Source of the DNA: a virus
Lineage: Duplodnaviria; Caudoviricetes
Direction: 5' to 3' (one strand)
IMG/VR virus record: IMGVR_UViG_3300037787_000006
Coordinates: 1 to 32,340 of that record
DNA length: 32,340 nt
The notes under the pieces are model-generated. The model ran no database searches. It was not told the DNA's origin and saw only the letters and a program-made list of their open reading frames with translations. Shown here piece by piece: positions 17,487 to 24,495 of the stretch. The stretch's first letter is position 1. The number at the start of each line of letters is the position of its first letter. The position numbers and the translations under genes were made by a program.

Positions 17487-18860
17487 TTATAAAAATTTAG
17501 GTGTATTAATTACTTGATTGAATTCTTTTTTGTTAAGCTCTATTTTGCTTTCTGCAAGGTTTTTTTGAATTTCTTTATTGTACTGAATTGCACGTTCCGT
17601 TTTAAAATCTAAGGTATCCAAAACGCGCTTTTGCCCATCAGATAAAACAAGATCAACCGTTACGTTTTTAGTTTGTCCAAACCTCCAAAACCTTCTAATC
17701 GCTTGGTAATATTGCTCATAGCTCCAAGTAGGAAAATAAACCGTATGGTTACAGTGTTGCCAGTTTAAACCAAATGAAGTTATTTGCGGCTTAGTGATTA
17801 ACCGCTTAATATTACCTTCAGCAAAATTCATTAGAATATCTTCCTTTTTGTCCACGCTATCACTACCTTTTACTTGACTAGCTTCAGGGTCTAAATTTTG
17901 CAATAAGTCGCCTTCATCATTATAATGGCACCAATAAACGGAAGTCTTACCTTCAGCTAATTCTACCGCTTTTTCACATCGTTCTTTTATGCTGCCTTTC
18001 TGTTCTTCTCTCACTTCGCTCATACTTTTAGCAATGCCATTAAAAAGCATTATTTGCCCGCCTATATTCCAGTTCTTCTCATTCTTTACAAAGTGTGTAT
18101 TTGTAATTAATTCAGGCAAGATATAACGGTCATCAGCAAATCCTAAATCACTAGGTTTTTTTACATTAATAGACCACTGGTTAATCCATTTAAAAAAATC
18201 ATTTTTTGCATGGCCTTTTAAATACCATTTAGTGCCTATGTCTTGCGGTTTAAAATTATTTTCCTTATTAGAAAAAAACCGCTGTAACATATCCATATAG
18301 CTCATATAGCCCAAAGCCTCAGAGCTAGTGCCAAATTCAATATAATCATTTGGGCTTGGCGTTGCGGTGCTTAAAAAACGGTACTTAATGTTTTTCAAAA
18401 AAGAAGTAATCTGACGTTTAATCTTGCCGTTAAAGTTCTTTAATATAGAGCTTTCATCAAGAATAACACCTTCAAAATCTGTGGCCTTCAAATAGTGTAA
18501 CCTTTCATAGTTACAAACTATTATCTTTTTGCCTTCAAATTCTCCCGCCTTGCTTTGGTGTATATCGTCAGTTATTTTAGCAAATTTAGCCTCCTTTATA
18601 AACTGAAAACCAACCGCCAGCGGGGTAAGTATCAGCACCCTTTTATTAGTATGCCTTACAATGTTTTCAGCTATGGTTAACTGCATCAATGTTTTGCCCA
18701 AACCAGTATCAGCAAAAATAGCTATACGGCCTTTTTTAACAGAGCGTTCAATAATGTGCCGCTGAAAGTCAAAAGCAATGTCAGGGTAATAATTCGGTTC
18801 AAAACCAAAATCACCTATTAAATGCTTTTTACGTTCTAAAAAATCTAAGTAGTCCTTCAT
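17487..18860 (-). CDS. SNF2-like superfamily II helicase
   Basis: 457 aa; DTGLGKT, LDES, TATP, GLNWQ, QAIRRFWRFGQ. Confidence 0.9.
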   Translation of the reverse strand: MKDYLDFLERKKHLIGDFGFEPNYYPDIAFDFQRHIIERSVKKGRIAIFADTGLGKTLMQLTIAENIVRHTNKRVLILTPLAVGFQFIKEAKFAKITDDIHQSKAGEFEGKKIIVCNYERLHYLKATDFEGVILDESSILKNFNGKIKRQITSFLKNIKYRFLSTATPSPNDYIEFGTSSEALGYMSYMDMLQRFFSNKENNFKPQDIGTKWYLKGHAKNDFFKWINQWSINVKKPSDLGFADDRYILPELITNTHFVKNEKNWNIGGQIMLFNGIAKSMSEVREEQKGSIKERCEKAVELAEGKTSVYWCHYNDEGDLLQNLDPEASQVKGSDSVDKKEDILMNFAEGNIKRLITKPQITSFGLNWQHCNHTVYFPTWSYEQYYQAIRRFWRFGQTKNVTVDLVLSDGQKRVLDTLDFKTERAIQYNKEIQKNLAESKIELNKKEFNQVINTPKFL

Positions 18861-18865
18861 AATAT

Positions 18866-19363
18866 TTAAGCGTTTAATTTATCCCAAAAATATAAAAATT
18901 CATCAACCGTACCAACAACATAAACATCGCCCCACTGGCTTTTTATAAATTGCTTCTGAGCTTCGCTTAATTTGTCGCTACCAATCTTGACCTCAAAATA
19001 AAGTGGGTATTGTCTTGGCCGCATAACTCGTATGTCAGGCTCCCCAACAATCTGGTCAGCGTTTTTCACATAGGTAACACTAGCTACCCTGCCGTGCTCC
19101 TTGCCGCCTATAAAGCGGCTTACGTGCTTTTTACCGCTATTGGCAACCTTTACAGCGCACCAGTCTTTGCGGCGCTCATTTACCCACTTAATGATAAAAC
19201 GCTCCAGCCAGATAGAAAGGTAGTTGCGGTGGCCTGTGCGCTCGTAAATCGTATCAACTTTCAAAGCATAGCGCGTGTCTATACCGCGCCTGTTTATGTA
19301 CCAAGTATTAATACGCTCATAAGCCTCAGGGCTGCAAATTTGCATTAGTTTTTTACGTGGCAT
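18866..19363 (-). CDS. VRR-NUC (PD-(D/E)XK) nuclease
   Basis: GEPDI...YFEVKIGSDKLSEAQKQF; ATG 19363 preferred over the track start 19381. Confidence 0.75.
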   Translation of the reverse strand: MPRKKLMQICSPEAYERINTWYINRRGIDTRYALKVDTIYERTGHRNYLSIWLERFIIKWVNERRKDWCAVKVANSGKKHVSRFIGGKEHGRVASVTYVKNADQIVGEPDIRVMRPRQYPLYFEVKIGSDKLSEAQKQFIKSQWGDVYVVGTVDEFLYFWDKLNA

Positions 19364-19646
19364 CGCTTGTAAGTTTTTCACCTGTTAATACTTTCCAAAG
19401 TGCTTGCAGCTCGTGCATTTTGGTTATTCCGCGTAAGCTTACTGTTTGCTCATAATCAGCCCAGCTAGCAGGTTCTTGCGCAATTATAGGGTAATAAATG
19501 CCGTGCGATAGGTGCAACAATAAAGCGTGCGTTACGTCATAACGTTTTTCAAACATATGACGCCCCTTTAACTCTTCAAACCCACACGCCACTAACCTCT
19601 CAGGCGTTATGTCTAGCATCCGCTCAATGTGTGCTTTATTCCCCAT
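19353..19646 (-). CDS. hypothetical protein
   Basis: 97 aa; ITPERLVACGF...HELQALWKVLTGEKL. Confidence 0.7.
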   Translation of the reverse strand: MGNKAHIERMLDITPERLVACGFEELKGRHMFEKRYDVTHALLLHLSHGIYYPIIAQEPASWADYEQTVSLRGITKMHELQALWKVLTGEKLTSDAT

Positions 19647-19917
19647 CGTGATGCGCTTTAATCATGTTAGCCACATTACCGGGAGTAACACTAAACATCT
19701 TCGCTATTTGCGCAAATGTTACGCTCGTTTCCTTACGTATGCGGTAAAAGATTAATGCCCGCGCTTTAGCAGCTTTGTGCGTTGTTTCAGTGAATAGTGC
19801 ATCGCGGTGAATAAGTGCCGTGTCGGCTACCTCTTCAATAATGCGAAGTACGGAGTCAGCGTCTTCGCTGACTCCTAGTACTTCCTTAACTTTAAAATGG
19901 CAAATCATCTTCTTCAT
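19636..19917 (-). CDS. HTH protein (DnaA C-terminal-like)
   Basis: 93 aa; KARALIFY...TFAQIAKMFSVTPGNV. Confidence 0.55.
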   Translation of the reverse strand: MKKMICHFKVKEVLGVSEDADSVLRIIEEVADTALIHRDALFTETTHKAAKARALIFYRIRKETSVTFAQIAKMFSVTPGNVANMIKAHHDGE

Positions 19918-20254
19918 CTAATACAGGTGTTTCAGGGTTATTACTCTCTTGAACGTTAGCCGTGTGGCTCTCAACTTTCCACGCTACCAGCGTTTGAAAG
20001 AAGCCGCTTTTTTGTTGGCCTGTGGTTTTATCTTTCCACTCAGCCTTGCGCCCATTGATTTGAAAAAAAACAGTGATGTCATCGCCTTGCTTTATGCCGT
20101 CAAGGTTTACCTTATCACCAAAAAAGGTAAACTCAGCCATTGTTGGGTAATCAGTACCAATACCAATATCAACGTAAAAATTGGTTAGAGTTTTACCCTC
20201 GTTGCCATAGGTTTTCGGCTTAGCCGCCGCTTTGAAGTTGCATCTTAATTCCAT
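19892..20254 (-). CDS. single-stranded DNA-binding protein (DUF3127-like)
   Basis: 120 aa; FFGDKV, FQINGR, LVAWKV and acidic tail DEEDDLPF. Confidence 0.8.
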   Translation of the reverse strand: MELRCNFKAAAKPKTYGNEGKTLTNFYVDIGIGTDYPTMAEFTFFGDKVNLDGIKQGDDITVFFQINGRKAEWKDKTTGQQKSGFFQTLVAWKVESHTANVQESNNPETPVLDEEDDLPF

Positions 20255-20468
20255 GCTTTTTGAAATTTATTGCTCCGTTTATTTCACTAATAAAGATGAG
20301 GAGCGTTTCATCGTCTATCAGCTTGTTAATTTTCAAATAATGCTGTGCAATCTCAGCAAGGCGGCGACACACTTTTATATCGCCTTCATGCCTTGCCGCT
20401 GTGATGTTTTTGTAAAGCCAGCGTTGCACATCGTCTGGCATTGCTTGGTTCCCTTTCATTTGGTGCAA
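20220..20468 (-). CDS. hypothetical protein
   Basis: 82 aa in the early operon. Confidence 0.55.
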   Translation of the reverse strand: MHQMKGNQAMPDDVQRWLYKNITAARHEGDIKVCRRLAEIAQHYLKINKLIDDETLLIFISEINGAINFKKHGIKMQLQSGG

Positions 20469-20722
20469 TATCTAAGAGTTACCATTCTACGTGCCCACGC
20501 TTTAACGCGCTGGCGTGCAGCTTTTTTTATTTCTAGTTTGCGTGCGTACGACTTGCGAATGTTAAAAAGGTCGAAATAATACAAGTCTTCAAGCGATCCT
20601 TCCATTCGGGCTATTTGTCTATCCCACATTTCAACCATGTCATAAGCACCAGTTATAGCTTCATGAAACTCAACATCTGTGAGCACCATCATTTTTGCAG
20701 TTGTATTAAGCATATTCTTCAA
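20456..20722 (-). CDS. hypothetical protein
   Basis: 88 aa in the early operon. Confidence 0.6.
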   Translation of the reverse strand: MKNMLNTTAKMMVLTDVEFHEAITGAYDMVEMWDRQIARMEGSLEDLYYFDLFNIRKSYARKLEIKKAARQRVKAWARRMVTLRYCTK

Positions 20723-21026
20723 TAGTTTTAGCGATTAATAATTCTAGTTCTTTAATCTGCTCAGGTGTAAAAGGCTCTACATCATCAAAATCCATTACAT
20801 GAAGGTTAGCCACATCCACACTGGTAACAATATCCCAGTTCTCATAGTAACACCCAGAAGGCGTATCTATTTTATCCCTTTCAGTAAGCCAGTTAACCTT
20901 ACAGCTAAAATCAACGCCAAATTCGTGGCCGTTAACTTGTACGGTGTAATTGCCGCCTGAGTAGAATATCTCAGCTTTCTCTTTTAAAATAGGCGTTAAA
21001 GCCTGCATAAAATCTTGTGTATTCAT
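20706..21026 (-). CDS. hypothetical protein (106 aa)
   Basis: Start moved to ATG 21026 (MNTQDF...) because the promoter and conserved leader lie at 21030-21057. Confidence 0.7.
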   Translation of the reverse strand: MNTQDFMQALTPILKEKAEIFYSGGNYTVQVNGHEFGVDFSCKVNWLTERDKIDTPSGCYYENWDIVTSVDVANLHVMDFDDVEPFTPEQIKELELLIAKTIEEYA

Positions 21027-21049
21027 CTTGTTAGCGTTTAAATTCTTAG

Positions 21050-21057
21050 CAAATATA
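21050..21057 (-). promoter_or_regulatory. Bacteroidota -7 early promoter
   Basis: TTTTATTTTATATTTG. Confidence 0.7.
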
Positions 21058-21066
21058 AAATAAAAT

Positions 21067-21402
21067 CTAATACGGAAAAACATTTACATAATACTTTGCC
21101 TTCTTTTCTTTTTTAGGCTCAGGGGCTAATCTTTGATCTCGGCGTATGGAATACACGCGGCTAGGGTCAACGTGAAGCGTGCGCGTAATGTAACGCACGC
21201 TTTTACTCTCTTTTAGCAACCTTATAATCTCTGCCGTTTGTTCCGCTTTTTTAGCGGCATGGTGTGCCTTTATTTCGGCTTTTAGCTCTGGGCACGCCCT
21301 CAGGTGCTTGTCAATGTAATGCTGGGTAAACTCGGTGTTATCCTCTACTTTCTTACGCGAGTATTCGTACTTGCGGAATGCTAATGTAATTTCGTGGTTC
21401 AT
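21067..21402 (-). CDS. HTH-containing hypothetical protein
   Basis: 111 aa; IIRLLKESKSVRYITRTLHVDPSRVYSI. Confidence 0.6.
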   Translation of the reverse strand: MNHEITLAFRKYEYSRKKVEDNTEFTQHYIDKHLRACPELKAEIKAHHAAKKAEQTAEIIRLLKESKSVRYITRTLHVDPSRVYSIRRDQRLAPEPKKEKKAKYYVNVFPY

Positions 21403-21581
21403 TGCTTTTCTTTTACAGTTATTATTAAAGACTTTACAAAAGCTTCATAATCTTCTTCAGATAAATGCTTTGGTTTAGTTAAAATAAGCATTGGTGAGGA
21501 TACGCTTCCTTCTTGCTTCCAAATAGAAAACCCTTTGTAATGGTATTTTTCTATTGTGTATATTATTTCTTTTTCACTCAT
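21399..21581 (-). CDS. hypothetical protein
   Basis: 60 aa; ATGA overlaps on both sides. Confidence 0.65.
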   Translation of the reverse strand: MSEKEIIYTIEKYHYKGFSIWKQEGSVSSPMLILTKPKHLSEEDYEAFVKSLIITVKEKQ

Positions 21582-21772
21582 CTTGCGGCTTCTTTTTTGA
21601 TTTGTTCTTCAATCTTTTCTATCTCTTTATCAAGCGTTTTATTCATACGCTTAAACTCGTTAAATAGCCCCTTATTCATGCTATTAAAAGCCCGGTAGTG
21701 CAGAACCTCCCCAGCTATTATAATGTAAATCAAAGCGGCTAAAATCACGCCTAAAAATATATCGTTAATCAT
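21578..21772 (-). CDS. small membrane-anchored coiled-coil protein
   Basis: 64 aa; N-terminal hydrophobic helix; ATGA overlaps. Confidence 0.65.
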   Translation of the reverse strand: MINDIFLGVILAALIYIIIAGEVLHYRAFNSMNKGLFNEFKRMNKTLDKEIEKIEEQIKKEAAR

Positions 21773-22416
21773 ATCCCCCTAGCTTTTAAAATTCTTTCTG
21801 CTAAATCTATCTCCCATTGCTCATCGCGTTCAATGTCAAAACACTTCACGCGATCAGCCTCTGGTATATCGCCAAACTTCATATTTTTCTCAAGCTGTTC
21901 GGCTGCCTTTTGATAGGCTGCCATGTCGGCGTTATCTCCACCCATTCCATAATACAGCTTTCTTTTTTCGGCTTCTATCATCCATTCGGGTGCATCGGTT
22001 AGGCAGTATACCAATTTCGCTTTTGTTGCACCTGTTAGCCACATATAACCGCGCAGTTGCGCCTCGTAGTCTTTGGTCATTTCTGCCTTGTCAAAAGTCC
22101 AAATATCAAAGCTATTTTTAATGTCCAGCACCAAATCACCGCTAAGCACATCAGGGCTTCCTGTGATAAATTCGTTTTGATAGTTGAGCACATCCCGCAC
22201 AAAGCTAGTGCCAAGCACGCGGTTAATCATGTTCAGGGCTTCTAGTTCATTTACGTTGCCTTTAGTAACGTATTTGTTAGCAAATACAGGCCAGCGGCCA
22301 TACTTATTGCCAATTTTCACCTGACGTATTACGTCAATGGCGGTTAGACCAAACTCCTGGTCTTTACCTCTGCCGCGTGTTAAGAACGCGCCTAGTTGTG
22401 AGCAGCGTATTTTCAT
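21769..22416 (-). CDS. YqaJ / lambda-exonuclease-like nuclease
   Basis: 215 aa; IRCSQLG, KGNVNE, TGSPD, DIKNS, YEAQLRGYMWL. Confidence 0.8.
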   Translation of the reverse strand: MKIRCSQLGAFLTRGRGKDQEFGLTAIDVIRQVKIGNKYGRWPVFANKYVTKGNVNELEALNMINRVLGTSFVRDVLNYQNEFITGSPDVLSGDLVLDIKNSFDIWTFDKAEMTKDYEAQLRGYMWLTGATKAKLVYCLTDAPEWMIEAEKRKLYYGMGGDNADMAAYQKAAEQLEKNMKFGDIPEADRVKCFDIERDEQWEIDLAERILKARGI

Positions 22417-23093
22417 CTTTGTTTAGCGTTTAAATTAATTTTTTGATGTAATCTTTTAATTGAACCTGCTATTAAATCAGCACTTTGATTTAATATTTTT
22501 TCTGGAGTAGTAAAGTAATACCTTGCTATCACTCCAATATTTAAGTCAAATAATAACTTAGCTTCGTCTTTATGTTCAGGATATTTAGCAACAAACTCGT
22601 CAAAGTTGTTTTTATAGTCCTCAACATTAAATGATAAAAGGCGGTGCTTATCTGTTTTTTCAACAATACAAAACGCCCTAGAGTGTCTTGGTGTTATAGA
22701 TATTTCCGGGGCTAAACATTTTTTTGGGCCCTCATTAACGATGTAATTATAAAAACAATCATCACCTTTTAATGCATAATTCAATAGATTTTGACCATCA
22801 GTTGTATAACCATTTCTAATAGGGCTAAATGATAACCGTTGAAAATCATCAACCGTAAAGCCAAAACTTTTGAATGTATAGAATTTGTAGTCCATTTGTA
22901 AAACACAAGGATATTCTCCAACTTCTATTGTTTCGCATTTGTAATCGCCTTTTACCCATACATTACCAATGTAATTTCCTGCTTCATCATAAGCCTTAAC
23001 ACATTTTTCTTCATGATAACAGTTTTTAGCCATTAACATCGCTTTATTTCCGCTTATTTGAAGCTTTACATCTTGGTAACTAAACATTGTCAA
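22413..23093 (-). CDS. hypothetical protein (AT-rich)
   Basis: 226 aa; no recognisable motif. Confidence 0.7.
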   Translation of the reverse strand: MTMFSYQDVKLQISGNKAMLMAKNCYHEEKCVKAYDEAGNYIGNVWVKGDYKCETIEVGEYPCVLQMDYKFYTFKSFGFTVDDFQRLSFSPIRNGYTTDGQNLLNYALKGDDCFYNYIVNEGPKKCLAPEISITPRHSRAFCIVEKTDKHRLLSFNVEDYKNNFDEFVAKYPEHKDEAKLLFDLNIGVIARYYFTTPEKILNQSADLIAGSIKRLHQKINLNAKQR

Positions 23094-23325
23094 AGTTTTT
23101 GCTTTCAGCGTTTCTTAACTCAATGTTTTGGCGGTATTCCGCGTTATGCTTTGCAAGCTTCATTAAAGTGTTAGCCCTGTCAAGCTCATACTTCAAAGCA
23201 TTGTTTACTTGTTTAGATAATTCTGCTTGCGCTTTGGCTGTTGCCACGTCTATTTCGCCTTTGTCCAATTTATTCATTTGGTCAAAAATATGAGCCAAAA
23301 CAGACTTGTTGTTTACTGGTTTCAT
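23080..23325 (-). CDS. hypothetical helical protein
   Basis: 81 aa; has its own promoter and leader. Confidence 0.7.
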   Translation of the reverse strand: MKPVNNKSVLAHIFDQMNKLDKGEIDVATAKAQAELSKQVNNALKYELDRANTLMKLAKHNAEYRQNIELRNAESKNFDNV

Positions 23326-23350
23326 CTTGTTAAACGTTTAAATTAATAAT

Positions 23351-23358
23351 CAAATATA
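23351..23358 (-). promoter_or_regulatory. Bacteroidota -7 early promoter
   Basis: TTTTATTTTATATTTG. Confidence 0.7.
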
Positions 23359-23409
23359 AAATAAAAAACTAAAACAACGCACCGCGCTATTTTAGTTTTG
23401 TTGGTTTTT

Positions 23410-24039
23410 CTAAATTAAGAAGTCTGCAAAATCAGCATCCTGCTTAAACCTCTCATTGCTAGGCATATCCCAAAAGGCTTTAATCTGCTCAGGTGTTGGC
23501 GGTGGTGTTTGTTGCAGCCAGTCTAACGCGCGCTTCTTTTCTTGATCTACATAGCTTCCTGAGAAGGCCACAGTATCGCGCCTGTTTAAGTTGCTACCAA
23601 ACAGGCGGCCGATATTCTCAGCGGCATCTTTTACCGCGTAGCTTTTAGCCGCTGGCAAGGCCATCATTATTGCGTTTTGCTTTATGGCTCCGAGGTCTGA
23701 AGCACTTTTGCCCGCGTCTGTTTGCACGCCTACTGCCCCGGTACCATCGTGGTACATCCACTCGTTGGTTAACGGGTTTTTGTAGTGCAGGCGCACGGTA
23801 ACGTAAACGCTGTTAAACATTTGCCCCTCGCGCAGCACTTCTATCTTCCAATGCTGGAAGATGCGTGTTAAAAGCAGCTCTATTTTATCAATAGGAAGAT
23901 AGGCTGTATTCCCCGCGTATGGGTTGCGTTTAACCCACTTTGCAGGCGGGTCTTGATTAAGTAGCAGGTTTAACTTGTCGTTTTTGTCAGCCGCAGTTAT
24001 GTCGTGGTGCAGCTCTGCTAATGTTGGTAATTTGCTCAT
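23410..24039 (-). CDS. Rad52/Sak-like single-strand annealing protein
   Basis: 209 aa; YLPIDKIE, VTVRLH, DGTGA, AKSYAVKDAAENIGRLFG. Confidence 0.7.
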   Translation of the reverse strand: MSKLPTLAELHHDITAADKNDKLNLLLNQDPPAKWVKRNPYAGNTAYLPIDKIELLLTRIFQHWKIEVLREGQMFNSVYVTVRLHYKNPLTNEWMYHDGTGAVGVQTDAGKSASDLGAIKQNAIMMALPAAKSYAVKDAAENIGRLFGSNLNRRDTVAFSGSYVDQEKKRALDWLQQTPPPTPEQIKAFWDMPSNERFKQDADFADFLI

Positions 24040-24071
24040 TGTTTAGCGTTTATTGAATTAATAGTTAAGTG

Positions 24072-24091
24072 AAAAAAGGGCTTGCGCCCTT
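24072..24091 (-). terminator. intrinsic terminator after the first early gene
   Basis: AAGGGC-GCAA-GCCC-TTTTTT (GNRA loop). Confidence 0.7.
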
Positions 24092-24095
24092 CGTG

Positions 24096-24281
24096 TTATT
24101 TTGAATTAAGGTAATTTTTGCAAGAGTTAATCAATTCATCAAATTGACCTGTATTATCTAAAATTGACCTTATAGCCTCTTCAGGTGTTAGACCTTGTTC
24201 AAATGCTCTATTCATTGCAATGTGAAAGGCTCCGAAAACTGCGCTTGCGTTTTTAGTAATGTTTGTTTCTTGAGTTGTCAT
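24096..24281 (-). CDS. hypothetical protein, first gene of the early region
   Basis: 61 aa; promoter and conserved leader upstream, terminator downstream. Confidence 0.7.
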   Translation of the reverse strand: MTTQETNITKNASAVFGAFHIAMNRAFEQGLTPEEAIRSILDNTGQFDELINSCKNYLNSK

Positions 24282-24305
24282 CCTGTTAGCGTTTTAATTA
24301 TAAAG

Positions 24306-24336
24306 CAAATATAAAACAAAAAACAATACCACCAAA
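24306..24336 (-). promoter_or_regulatory. Bacteroidota early promoter
   Basis: TTTG-N19-TATATTTG (-33/-7 consensus). Confidence 0.75.
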
Positions 24337-24357
24337 CACCCAAGCAAAAATTAAACT

Positions 24358-24385
24358 ATCATTTTGTTGGGTTCAACAAAATGAT
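24358..24385. repeat. perfect 12-bp inverted repeat
   Basis: ATCATTTTGTTG-GGTT-CAACAAAATGAT. Confidence 0.85.
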
Positions 24386-24396
24386 TTTTTATTCAT

Positions 24397-24424
24397 AAAA
24401 AAAGCCCCCATCGCTGGAGGCTTT
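24397..24424 (-). terminator. intrinsic terminator ending the late/lysis operon and the candidate sRNA
   Basis: AAAGCCTCCA-GCGA-TGGGGGC-TTTTTTT. Confidence 0.8.
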
Positions 24425-24480
24425 AAACGCTTAACATATGAAGAACTACTACTACATGAGCTAGGTACGCTCTAGAGAGG
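24397..24480 (-). ncRNA. candidate trans-acting antisense small RNA
   Basis: Lies between TATCTTTG (24482-24489) and a terminator; contains AGTAGTTCTTCATATGTTAAGCGTTTAAA, complementary to several early-gene start regions. Confidence 0.55.
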
Positions 24481-24495
24481 TCAAAGATAATGTAT

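Noticed and set aside
24438-24464. Plus-strand mini-ORF MKNYYYMS behind the inverted leader
   Set aside because: No plus-strand TAnnTTTG promoter is visible, and the flanking promoter and terminator face the minus strand. It could be the relic of an inverted gene start from which the sRNA arose.
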